Below are positions 20,252 through 28,226 of a DNA stretch of 32,000 nucleotides, piece by piece. The DNA comes from an uncultured Oceanicaulis sp. GTDB lineage: Bacteria; Pseudomonadota; Alphaproteobacteria; Caulobacterales; Maricaulaceae. Below the pieces are notes generated by a model. That model saw only the letters and a list, made by a program, of their open reading frames with translations. It had not been told where the DNA came from and searched no databases. Location of the stretch: positions 27,975 through 59,974 of the forward strand of contig CAZAGE010000015.1 in assembly GCA_964484345.1 (NCBI GenBank). Direction: 5' to 3'. Both the position numbers and the translations under genes were made by a program. Each line of letters starts with the position of its first letter. Position 1 is the first letter of the stretch.

Positions 20252-21259
20252 ATGACTCTATCCTTTCCCTTCCCCGCCATCGTTGGGCAGGAGGAAATGA
20301 AACAGGCCCTGCTCATCGCTTGTGTGGAGCCGCGGATCGGGGGCGTTTTGGTATTCGGCGACCGCGGCACGGCGAAGTCGACCGCGGTTCGCGCTCTGGC
20401 TGATCTTCTTCCGCCGATCAAGACTTATGAGTCCTGCCCGTATAACTCCGCGCCCGGCTCCCAGCCGATCAACGGCCATGATAAGAATCGCGGGCCGGAG
20501 GTGACCAAGCCGACGCCGGTTGTCGATTTGCCGCTTGGCGTCACCGAAGACCGGGTCGTCGGCGCGCTCGACATCGAAAAGGCCATGCGCAGGGGCGAAA
20601 AGGCGTTTGAGCCTGGGCTATTGGCCAAGGCCAATCGCGGTTTTCTTTATATCGACGAGGTGAACCTGTTGGAGGATCACATCGTCGACCTTCTGCTCGA
20701 CGTCGCCGCCACCGGCGAGAATGTCGTCGAGCGCGACGGGCTCTCCGTCCGCCATCCCGCCCGCTTCGTCCTTGTGGGCAGCGGCAATCCGGAAGAGGGC
20801 GAGTTGCGGCCGCAGCTCTTGGACCGCTTCGGCCTGTCGGTGGAGGTGGAGACCCCGCGCGATATCGAAGACCGCATCGAAGTCGTGCGCCGCCGCGATG
20901 CCTTTGAGCGCGACCCCGACGCTTTCCGCGCCGAGTGGGCCGAGCCTGAAGCCGAGCTGCGCAATCGCATCGCCGAAGCCCAGGCGCGGGTCAACGCGCT
21001 GGAGGCCTCTGAAGCTGTGCTGCGCAAAGCGTCCGAGCTTTGTCTCGCCATGGGCGCAGACGGTCTTCGCGGCGAGTTGACCCTCATTCGCGCCGCCCGC
21101 GCCAAGGCGGCGCTGGATGGCGACGACACGGTGGAGATCGAGCATCTCAAAGCCGTCGCGCCCTCCGCGCTGCGCCACCGTCTGCGCCGTGACCCGCTGG
21201 ATGAGGCTGGCTCCACCGCCCGCATCGAGCGCGGGCTCTCAGAGGTTTTCGCCGCGTGA
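20252..21259 (+). CDS. bchI: magnesium chelatase ATPase subunit I
   Basis: 'FPFPAIVGQEEMKQALL', Walker A 'GDRGTAKST', 'GFLYIDEVNLLEDHIVDLLLDV' and 'LLDRFGL'. ATG 20252 (GAGG 7 nt upstream) is preferred over GTG 20246. Confidence 0.95.
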   Translation: MTLSFPFPAIVGQEEMKQALLIACVEPRIGGVLVFGDRGTAKSTAVRALADLLPPIKTYESCPYNSAPGSQPINGHDKNRGPEVTKPTPVVDLPLGVTEDRVVGALDIEKAMRRGEKAFEPGLLAKANRGFLYIDEVNLLEDHIVDLLLDVAATGENVVERDGLSVRHPARFVLVGSGNPEEGELRPQLLDRFGLSVEVETPRDIEDRIEVVRRRDAFERDPDAFRAEWAEPEAELRNRIAEAQARVNALEASEAVLRKASELCLAMGADGLRGELTLIRAARAKAALDGDDTVEIEHLKAVAPSALRHRLRRDPLDEAGSTARIERGLSEVFAA

Positions 21260-22986
21260 GCGGGAGCGGCCATACGCGAAGCCCTTGGGCTCAAGCGCGT
21301 CTGGTCGCAGGCCTGCTGGCGATTGATCCTGGTCTTGGCGGCGTCGTGCTGCGCGCGCGGGCTGGTCCTGTGAGGGACGCCTGGCTGTCGCTGTTTCAAA
21401 GCCTCATCAACGAGGACACGCCCTGGCGGCGCATCCCGGCGGGGGTGACGGACGAGGCCTTGCTCGGCGGGATTGATCTTGCCGCCACGCTCAAGACCGG
21501 CCGCGCGGTGCACCGCTCCGGCCTGCTGGACGCCATTGGGTCGGGTGTCGGCGTGCTCGCCATGGCCGAACGCGCCGAGGCTGGCCTCGCGGGTCGCCTG
21601 GCGGCGGCGCTGGACGGCGAAAACCCGCCCCTGATCGTCGCGCTGGATGAAGGCGCTGAGCCGGATGAAGTCGTGCCAGCCGCCCTGGCGGAGCGCCTCG
21701 CCTTCCATCTTGATCTCTCCGACATCGCCCTTGGGGCGCTCGATGAGGACACGCGTGAGATTGACCGCGAAACCCTGGCCATGGCACGCATGCATTTGCC
21801 CCATGTGCTTAATGGCGGGGCGGAGCCGGCGCTGACCTCGGCGGCGCTGGCGCTGGGCGTCGACAGCTTGCGGCCGCCGATTTTCGCGCTACGCGCCGCG
21901 CGCGCGGCCGCGGCGCTGGATGGCCGGGACGAGATCGACGAAGACGACGCCTCCCTTGCCGCGAGGCTGATCCTCGCCACCCGCGCCACGCGCTTGCCCG
22001 CCGTGGAGGAGGACGAGCCGCAAGAACCTGAAGCGCCGGACGAGGGCGAGGCGGAAGCGCGCGCCGATACGCCGGAGGGCGACGCCGATGACGCGCCCGC
22101 GCCCGACGCCCTGACCGAAATCACCACCGAAGCCGCCCAAGCCGCCATCCCGCCCGGCCTGCTCGCCAAGCTGGAGGCGGGCGCCCAAGCGCCGAAGTCG
22201 CGCGCCGCCGGCAAGGCGGGCGCGGTCCAGAAGGACGGCGTGCGCGGCCGCCCGGCCGGCTCGCGCCGCGGCGAGGTGGGGCAGGGCCGGCGGCTCGATC
22301 TTATGGCGACATTGCGCGCCGCCGCCCCCTGGGGCCGAGCGCGCCGCCGGGGCTGGAAACGCTTCAAACCGGGACCCTCGGTGGAAGTGCGCAAGGAAGA
22401 CTTCCGCATCAAACGCTTCAAGCAAAAGGCCGAGACCGAGACGATTTTTGTCGTCGACGCGTCTGGGTCTCTGGCGCTGAACCGTTTGGCCGAAGCCAAA
22501 GGCGCGGTCGAGCTGATGCTGGCGGAATCCTATGTGCGCCGCGACCAGGTGGCGGTGATCGCGTTTCGGGGCCGGGGCGCAGAAATGCTGTTGCCGCCGA
22601 CCCGCTCGCTGACCCGCGCCAAGCGCAGCCTGGCGGCCTTGCCGGGCGGCGGCGGCACGCCGCTCGCCGCGGCGATCGAAGCGGCGGAAGCCGCCGCCCA
22701 CGCCGCCACGCGCCAGGGCCGCAGCGTGACGCTGGTCTTCCTCACCGATGGCGCAGCCAATGTCACCCGGGAGGGCGAACCAGGCCGGGAGATGGCGCAA
22801 GCCGAAGCCCGCCAGGCCGCCAAGAATCTGCGCGCCCAGGGCCACGCGGCGATCGTCGTCGACGTCTCCAAGCGCGGCGCGGAGGCGGCGCGGTCGATGG
22901 CCTTGGATATGGGCGCACGCTATGCGCGCTTGCCGACCAATAATCCCGGCGCGCTGGCCGATCTGGCGCGGGAGGCGGCGGCATGA
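21256..22986 (+). CDS. bchD: magnesium chelatase subunit D
   Basis: 576 aa. GTGA overlap with bchI. Degenerate AAA-like N-domain, acidic/Pro-rich linker 'EEDEPQEPEAPDEGEAEARADTPEGDADDAPAPD', and a C-terminal vWA domain with MIDAS 'VVDASGS'. Confidence 0.95.
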   Translation: MSGSGHTRSPWAQARLVAGLLAIDPGLGGVVLRARAGPVRDAWLSLFQSLINEDTPWRRIPAGVTDEALLGGIDLAATLKTGRAVHRSGLLDAIGSGVGVLAMAERAEAGLAGRLAAALDGENPPLIVALDEGAEPDEVVPAALAERLAFHLDLSDIALGALDEDTREIDRETLAMARMHLPHVLNGGAEPALTSAALALGVDSLRPPIFALRAARAAAALDGRDEIDEDDASLAARLILATRATRLPAVEEDEPQEPEAPDEGEAEARADTPEGDADDAPAPDALTEITTEAAQAAIPPGLLAKLEAGAQAPKSRAAGKAGAVQKDGVRGRPAGSRRGEVGQGRRLDLMATLRAAAPWGRARRRGWKRFKPGPSVEVRKEDFRIKRFKQKAETETIFVVDASGSLALNRLAEAKGAVELMLAESYVRRDQVAVIAFRGRGAEMLLPPTRSLTRAKRSLAALPGGGGTPLAAAIEAAEAAAHAATRQGRSVTLVFLTDGAANVTREGEPGREMAQAEARQAAKNLRAQGHAAIVVDVSKRGAEAARSMALDMGARYARLPTNNPGALADLAREAAA

Positions 22987-23885
22987 GGATTTTGCCTGTC
23001 CCGCAAGACTGGCCCCACAAAGGCGCCAGCGAAACCATCGAAGCGGGCGGCGTCGCCTGGCATGTCCAGCGTTTCGGGACCGGCCCGGCGCTGCTGCTGA
23101 TCCATGGTACCGCGGCGTCGACCCACTCCTTCCGCAGCCTCGCCGATCAGCTCGCGAGTGATTTTGAAATCATCATGGTCGACCTGCCGGGTCACGGCTT
23201 TTCCAGCCCGCTTGATGCACCCAGCCTGCCGCGTGTGGCGGAAGCGCTGGGCGCGTTGATAAAGAAACTGGGCGTGTCGCCGGCTCTGGTGGCCGGCCAT
23301 TCCGCCGGTGCGGCGGTGGCGATCCGCATGGCGCTGGATGGCTGGATCGACCCTAGCGGTGTGATCGGCCTGGCCCCGGCGCTCAAGCCTTATGGCGGAT
23401 CCGTTGACGGTCTTGCGTCGCGCCTGGCCAAGCTGGTCTTCTTCAATCCAATCGCGCCGCGCCTGCTCGCGATGCAGGCGAGCGAGAAGCGAGTGACGAA
23501 GCTGTTGGGCAGCACGGGATCTCGCCTCGATCCGGCCGGGACCGACTATTATGTCCGCCTGTTCAAACGGCCCGAGCATCTGGCCGGGGCGCTGCGCCTG
23601 ATGGCGAACTGGAATCTGCGGCCGCTGTTGGAAGACCTGCCCCAGCTTGCGCCGAAGCTGACCCTGATTGTCGGCGACCGGGACAAGGCCACGCCCGTGC
23701 GCGACGCGGAACAGGCTGCGCGTCTCGCGCCCCGTTCAGAACTCATTCGCCTCACCGGCTTCGGGCATCTCGCTCATGAAGAAGCGCCGGAAAAGGCCGC
23801 CGAGATTATCCGCCAGGCCGCTGAGCGGCATGGCCTCATCACTCACATCGCCGAAGACGCGCCCCTGCTTGAGTTGGCGCGGTAA
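22983..23885 (+). CDS. bchO: alpha/beta hydrolase, magnesium chelatase accessory protein BchO
   Basis: 300 aa. ATGA overlap with bchD. 'LLLIHGTAAS', nucleophile elbow 'GHSAG', C-terminal 'GHLAHEE'. Its position after bchI-bchD matches Rhodobacter bchO. Confidence 0.8.
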   Translation: MRILPVPQDWPHKGASETIEAGGVAWHVQRFGTGPALLLIHGTAASTHSFRSLADQLASDFEIIMVDLPGHGFSSPLDAPSLPRVAEALGALIKKLGVSPALVAGHSAGAAVAIRMALDGWIDPSGVIGLAPALKPYGGSVDGLASRLAKLVFFNPIAPRLLAMQASEKRVTKLLGSTGSRLDPAGTDYYVRLFKRPEHLAGALRLMANWNLRPLLEDLPQLAPKLTLIVGDRDKATPVRDAEQAARLAPRSELIRLTGFGHLAHEEAPEKAAEIIRQAAERHGLITHIAEDAPLLELAR

Positions 23886-23895
23886 GGAGCCCCCC

Positions 23896-25416
23896 ATGTT
23901 GAAACGCACCGATGATGAAACGCCTGAGGATGACCGGCCCCACGCCGTCGTGATCGGGTCGGGCTTTGGCGGTCTCGCCGCCGCGGTTCGGCTGGGCGCG
24001 CGCGGCTACCGCGTGACGGTTCTGGAAAAGCTCGATGCGCCGGGCGGCCGGGCCTACGTGTTTAAAGACGGCGGCTATGTCTTCGATGCGGGGCCCACCA
24101 TTATCACCGTGCCCTTTCTGCTCGAAGAGTTATGGGAGCTGGCCGGCCGCAAGTTCGAAGACGATATCGAGCTACGCGAGATGAATCCCTTCTACGGCAT
24201 CCGCTTTGATGACGGCGATGTGGTCCATTGCTATCGCGACGCCAATGTGATGCGCGAAGAGGTCAAACGCATCTCGCCCGGCGATGTCGAGGGCTATGAG
24301 CGCTTTTTGAAGAAGAGCAAGGACATCTTCGAGGTGGGCTTCAAACAGCTCGCCCATGTGCCCTTCCACACGCTCAAATCCATGGTCGACGTCACGCCCG
24401 ATCTGATCCGGCTGGAGTCCTATCGCTCGGTCCATGCCCTGGTCTCGCGCTATGTGAAGAACCCCAAGCTACAGGTGGCGCTGAATTTCCACCCGCTTTT
24501 GGTGGGCGGCAATCCCTATGCGGCCAGCTCGTTTTACTGCCTCATCTCCTATCTCGAGCGCGAATGGGGCGTGCATTTCGTCATGGGCGGCACCGGCAAG
24601 CTGATCGAGGGCCTGGTCAAGCTGATCGAGGGCCAAGGCGGTCAGGTTTTGTGTGACAGCGAAGTCGCCCAGATCACCACCGAGAACGGCAAAGCGACCG
24701 GCGTGCGCCTGGCCGATGGCCGGCAGGTGCGGGCCGATATCGTCGTCTCCAACGCCGAAGTGGGCCACACCTATAAATATCTGTTGTCGGAGACCAAGCG
24801 GAAACGCTGGACCGACCGCAAGGTCGACAATGCCCGCTACTCCATGAGCCTCTTCCTCTGGTATTTCGGCACCAAGAAGAAATACCCGGACGTCGATCAC
24901 CACACGATCATATTGGGGCCGCGCTATCGCGGGCTTTTGAACGACATCTTCAAGAAAAAGAAGCTGGCGGATGATTTCAGCCTGTATCTCCATCGGCCCA
25001 CCGCCACTGATCCGTCCATGGCCCCGGAAGGGTGTGAAGCCTTCTACGTCCTCTCCCCGGTGCCCAATCTGAAAGGGGATACGGATTGGGAGTCGATGGC
25101 CGAGCCCTATCGGCAGGCCGTGGAACAGCGGCTGGAGGAAACGGTGCTGCCCGGCCTGAAGGAGAATGTGACGGTGTCTCGCGTTCTCACTCCGATCGAT
25201 TTCCGCGATCGCTTGAACTCCATTGACGGCGCCGCTTTCGGGCTGGAGCCCTTGCTGACCCAGTCGGCCTGGTTCCGGGCGCACAACAAGTGCGGCGATG
25301 TGGAGGGGCTGTATCTGGTCGGCGCGGGCACCCATCCGGGCGCGGGCGTGCCTGGCGTGTTGTCTTCGGCCCGGGTGCTCGACGCCGTAGTGCCTGACGC
25401 CAAGGTCCATGGCTGA
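23896..25416 (+). CDS. crtI: phytoene desaturase
   Basis: The track ORF starts at 23668. ATG 23896 was chosen because AAGGAG lies upstream and the start is 10 nt after the bchO stop. FAD fold 'VVIGSGFGGLAAAVRLGARGYRVTVLEKLDAPGGRA' and C-terminal 'LYLVGAGTHPGAGVPGV'. Confidence 0.92.
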   Translation: MLKRTDDETPEDDRPHAVVIGSGFGGLAAAVRLGARGYRVTVLEKLDAPGGRAYVFKDGGYVFDAGPTIITVPFLLEELWELAGRKFEDDIELREMNPFYGIRFDDGDVVHCYRDANVMREEVKRISPGDVEGYERFLKKSKDIFEVGFKQLAHVPFHTLKSMVDVTPDLIRLESYRSVHALVSRYVKNPKLQVALNFHPLLVGGNPYAASSFYCLISYLEREWGVHFVMGGTGKLIEGLVKLIEGQGGQVLCDSEVAQITTENGKATGVRLADGRQVRADIVVSNAEVGHTYKYLLSETKRKRWTDRKVDNARYSMSLFLWYFGTKKKYPDVDHHTIILGPRYRGLLNDIFKKKKLADDFSLYLHRPTATDPSMAPEGCEAFYVLSPVPNLKGDTDWESMAEPYRQAVEQRLEETVLPGLKENVTVSRVLTPIDFRDRLNSIDGAAFGLEPLLTQSAWFRAHNKCGDVEGLYLVGAGTHPGAGVPGVLSSARVLDAVVPDAKVHG

Positions 25417-26443
25417 GCGTTTCGCCAGCGATGACGATCTAAAGGCCTGCCGCACGGCGATCCGCGGGGGCTCGAAGAGCTTTTTCGCCGCCTCGCTGCT
25501 GCTGCCGCGCAAGACCCGCGACCGTGCGTATGCGCTTTATGGCTTCTGCCGGTTCGCCGACGACGCGGTGGATGAGGGCGAGGACCCGGCGGCCGCGTGC
25601 GCCCGGCTGTCCGAGCGGCTCGATTTGATCTATGGCGGCGAGCCTGGCGATGATCCTGTCGATCGCGCCTTCGCCGATGTCGTGCGCGACTGCGGCATCC
25701 CCCAAGAGCTGCCCGCCGCTCTTATTGAAGGCTTCGCCTGGGACGCCGAGGAACGGCGCTATGAAACCCTCTCTGATGTCCGGGCCTATGGCGCGCGCGT
25801 GGCGAGTTCGGTGGGGGCCATGATGGCGCTGGTCATGGGCGTGCGTAGTGCGGAAGCTCTGGCGAGAGCCTGCGACCTGGGCGTCGCCATGCAGCTCACT
25901 AATATCGCCCGCGATGTTGGCGAAGACGCCCGGCTGGGCCGGCTTTATCTGCCGCGCGAGTGGTTCATCAAGGCGGATCTCGACCCAGACGCCTGGCTCG
26001 CCGCGCCAGTCTTTAATCCAAACATCGCCGCGTTCGTCGAACGCCTGCTCGCCGAGGCGGACCGGCTCTATACCCGCGCCCGGCCTGGCGTCGCCCTTCT
26101 GCCGGCAACGTGCCGCCCGGCCATCCACGCCGCTTCGCGGATTTATCGCGAGATCGGGGTGGAGGCGGAAAAGGCCGGCTTCAATACCGTCACCCACCGC
26201 GCCGTCACCTCCAAAGGGCGCAAGCTTCAGCTCGCCGGCGCGGCTTTGCTCGACGCCGCGTTCGGGTCAAGCGGATCCGGCAAAGCGCCGCTGGAGGAGA
26301 CTCGCTTTCTGGTCGACGCGGCGCCCAATGAGGCCCAACCTGACACCTTGCCGCCCTGGTGGCAGTCCATCGACAAGGATGTGGGCCGCATCGCGACCAT
26401 CTTCTATGATCTGGAGATGCGCCAGCGCGCGCGCCGGTATTAG
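25409..26443 (+). CDS. crtB: phytoene synthase
   Basis: 344 aa. The start overlaps the crtI end by 8 nt. Motifs 'GSKSFFAASLLLP', 'YGFCRFADDAVDE' and 'TNIARDVGEDARLGRLYLP' (the two Asp-rich squalene/phytoene synthase motifs). Confidence 0.92.
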   Translation: MAERFASDDDLKACRTAIRGGSKSFFAASLLLPRKTRDRAYALYGFCRFADDAVDEGEDPAAACARLSERLDLIYGGEPGDDPVDRAFADVVRDCGIPQELPAALIEGFAWDAEERRYETLSDVRAYGARVASSVGAMMALVMGVRSAEALARACDLGVAMQLTNIARDVGEDARLGRLYLPREWFIKADLDPDAWLAAPVFNPNIAAFVERLLAEADRLYTRARPGVALLPATCRPAIHAASRIYREIGVEAEKAGFNTVTHRAVTSKGRKLQLAGAALLDAAFGSSGSGKAPLEETRFLVDAAPNEAQPDTLPPWWQSIDKDVGRIATIFYDLEMRQRARRY

Positions 26444-26473
26444 ACGGGCTGCGTTCCGCGTGGAGAAGACGCG

Positions 26474-26593
26474 ATGACGCTCTATCTCTTGCTCTTCATG
26501 GAAGCCTTGCCCTTTCTCGCTCTCGTGGCCTTCGGCGTCCGAGAGCTGGTGCTGCTGGATCGGCTAAAGAAAGACCAGGACGGAGCTGAGTGA
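26474..26593 (+). CDS. unannotated micro-ORF, 39-aa single-pass membrane peptide (MTLYLLLFMEALPFLALVAFGVRELVLLDRLKKDQDGAE)
   Basis: Below the ORF-track length cut-off; I translated it by hand. GGAGAA SD lies 6 nt before ATG 26474. The stop TGA (26591-26593) shares one base with the tspO ATG (TGATG). It has one hydrophobic helix followed by a charged tail. Hand-counted third-position GC is about 74%, similar to tspO. Confidence 0.45.
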   Translation: MTLYLLLFMEALPFLALVAFGVRELVLLDRLKKDQDGAE

Positions 26594-27057
26594 TGGACGC
26601 CCCCTTTTGGACCGCCATTCCCTTTCTCCTTCTGGTGCTGCTGGCCTCATCGACGGGGGCCATTTTCAAGCCCGGCGTCTGGTATCGCGAGCTGGATAAA
26701 CCCAGCTGGACGCCGCCCAACTGGCTTTTCCCCGTCGCCTGGGCGGGGCTTTTCGTGATGATGGCCTATGCCGCTTGGCGGGTCTGGCAGCTCGATGGCG
26801 TCGGCGTGCCGCTGGTTTTGTGGGGCGTGCAGCTGGGCCTCAACGCGCTGTGGTCGGCGATCTTCTTTGGGATGAAGCGCTTGGGGCTGGCGCTGGTTGA
26901 GCTGATGGCGATGTGGGTCGCCATCGCCGCCACCTTGATCGCCTTTGCTCAGATCGATCTGCTCGCCGCGGCCCTGCTTGCGCCCTATCTCGTCTGGGTG
27001 AGTTTTGCAGGAGCGTTGAACTTCGCCATATTGCGCCGACAAGGGAGCCCGGCATGA
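26593..27057 (+). CDS. tspO: tryptophan-rich sensory protein (TspO/CrtK)
   Basis: About 154 aa with five TM segments. 'WYRELDKPSWTPPNWLFPVAWAGLFVMMAYAAWRVW' and 'LAPYLVWVSFAGALNFAI'. The start is ATG 26593 (or GTG 26590). Confidence 0.9.
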   Translation: MDAPFWTAIPFLLLVLLASSTGAIFKPGVWYRELDKPSWTPPNWLFPVAWAGLFVMMAYAAWRVWQLDGVGVPLVLWGVQLGLNALWSAIFFGMKRLGLALVELMAMWVAIAATLIAFAQIDLLAAALLAPYLVWVSFAGALNFAILRRQGSPA

Positions 27058-27206
27058 GCGTTGATAGCTATTATCTGGTCAAAGGCCTGCTGGTCTTCGG
27101 CGGCCTGTTCGCCTTTTTGGGCTGGCAGTATTGGGATGTCAGCCGCGACATCCGGCGCGCCAAGGCCAAAGAGGCCTCAGAAAGCGCGGGGCATTCGGAA
27201 GGGTAG
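27054..27206 (+). CDS. unannotated micro-ORF, 50-aa single-pass membrane peptide (MSVDSYYLVKGLLVFGGLFAFLGWQYWDVSRDIRRAKAKEASESAGHSEG)
   Basis: ATGA overlap with the tspO stop (27054-27057). GGGAG SD (27043-27047) lies 6 nt upstream. It has one hydrophobic helix followed by a basic/acidic tail. Hand-counted third-position GC is about 74%. Its 3' end overlaps the convergent crtC by 30 nt. Confidence 0.5.
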   Translation: MSVDSYYLVKGLLVFGGLFAFLGWQYWDVSRDIRRAKAKEASESAGHSEG

Positions 27207-28226
27207 CAGCAGGCGCACCCAGTTTGACGAAAAGCGCTTGAGATCCAGGCTTTCATGCATGGAGATGCGCCGTTCGCCCAATAACTCCGTCTCGATCATC
27301 GAGCGGGTGTAAAAGGGCGTATCCTCCAGCGTCTTCACCACGCGGCCGTCGCCCTCTGAACGGGACGGCCTTGCGACGCCCCACATCACATTGGGCAAGG
27401 CGATCTCCGGCGGCGCCTCGAAATGCTCTATTCCGCCGTCCTCGCGGATCCGCAGGGCCAAGCCATGCTCGCCGCCGCCGGCGGGCTGACAGTCATAAAG
27501 GATCGCCGCGCCGTCCGGCATCGCCGTACGCGCCCAGCTCCAGGATTTGAAGCCTGCCTCCAGCGGTTCCAGCCCCGCATTCATGTCGACATAGCCATCG
27601 CCCGACCAATCGAGCTCCGGCTTGTCGAATTTGGCGCTGACGCGGGCCTTGGGCCAGACCGGCCGCCAGGCATGGCGGCCATGGGGGTCGAGGGTGAATT
27701 GCTCGCTTTGTTGAACCTCGGGCTCGATGACGATCTGGCCGCGCACCGGATAGGGAATGGGGGCGGCGGTCTCGCGGATATTGAAAATAAGCTTGCCGTC
27801 TTCAAAGCGGACGCTGCTGGGGCCGAAGACAAAGTGATCCTCGCCCCGGTCGATCGCCTTGGACGTCCGCTCCGTCATGGCCCAGCGGGTCTTGCCGCCG
27901 CCGTAAAGCCCGACATTGAGCGCGCAATGGTTTTCCGGCCGGCCCCGTCCGGACCAGGCGTAGTAGGGGGAGAACACGCTGCCGATCAGCGCGATCAGGA
28001 TCAGGCCGAAGCATCCGTCGTCGCTGAAGGCGTCGGCGTAGAGCCAGCGGTAGCCGCCGGGCGGGATCTCGGCCTGAAAGCCAAATCGGCTAAGATCGAG
28101 CGCGCCGCCGTGCGGCCCGACAGCATCGAGGTGGGCACCCCGGGCCCCGGATGCGTCCCGCCGCCGGCCAGATACAGCCCCGGAATCTTGCTGCGCGCCC
28201 CCGGCCTTTGAAACGCCGACTGCCAT
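27177..28226 (-). CDS. crtC: acyclic carotenoid 1,2-hydratase (hydroxyneurosporene synthase); start codon unresolved
   Basis: CrtC-like sequence 'PPGGYRWLYADAFSDDGCFGLILIALIGSVFSPYYAWSGRGRPENHCALNV ... FYTRSMIETELLGERRISMHESLDLKRF'. The conserved part begins near 28080. In this frame the only canonical starts are ATG 28226 (226-nt overlap with crtD) and GTG 27977 (which truncates the conserved N-terminus). See findings. Confidence 0.8.
   Translation of the reverse strand: MAVGVSKAGGAQQDSGAVSGRRRDASGARGAHLDAVGPHGGALDLSRFGFQAEIPPGGYRWLYADAFSDDGCFGLILIALIGSVFSPYYAWSGRGRPENHCALNVGLYGGGKTRWAMTERTSKAIDRGEDHFVFGPSSVRFEDGKLIFNIRETAAPIPYPVRGQIVIEPEVQQSEQFTLDPHGRHAWRPVWPKARVSAKFDKPELDWSGDGYVDMNAGLEPLEAGFKSWSWARTAMPDGAAILYDCQPAGGGEHGLALRIREDGGIEHFEAPPEIALPNVMWGVARPSRSEGDGRVVKTLEDTPFYTRSMIETELLGERRISMHESLDLKRFSSNWVRLLLPFRMPRAF

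Noticed and set aside
20677-22845. Several long alternative-frame or antisense ORFs across bchI/bchD (20677-21804, 21396-22499 and 21889-22845, all minus).
   Set aside because: They overlap unambiguous bchI/bchD coding sequence. Their translations are Ser/Arg/Ala-rich low-complexity strings.
23668-23895. 5' extensions offered by the ORF track for crtI (23668), xfp (1054), GH16 (13909), crtE (29616), crtF (30403) and hemG-like (9716).
   Set aside because: The extensions run through the preceding gene and translate to Arg/Pro-rich junk. The downstream ATGs have SD sequences and/or stop-start coupling, and they restore family-typical N-termini.
24598-24633. 15-nt direct repeat AAGCTGATCGAGGGC occurring twice, 21 nt apart, inside crtI (peptide KLIEGLVKLIEGQ).
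   Set aside because: I considered a 21-bp tandem duplication. However, the CrtI segment 'GGTGKLIEGLVKLIEGQGG' has the same length as the corresponding helix in other CrtI proteins as I recall them, so there is no insertion. It is probably a coincidental repeat within a helix.
24469-25512. 347-aa minus-strand ORF opposite crtI/crtB, and a 285-aa minus-strand ORF (29824-30681) opposite crtE/crtF.
   Set aside because: Antisense shadows of well-supported carotenoid genes, with no family signature.
26456-26473. Small inverted repeat CGCGT-N8-ACGCG enclosing the SD of the 39-codon micro-ORF.
   Set aside because: The stem is only 5 bp. That is too weak to claim an SD-sequestering regulatory hairpin.
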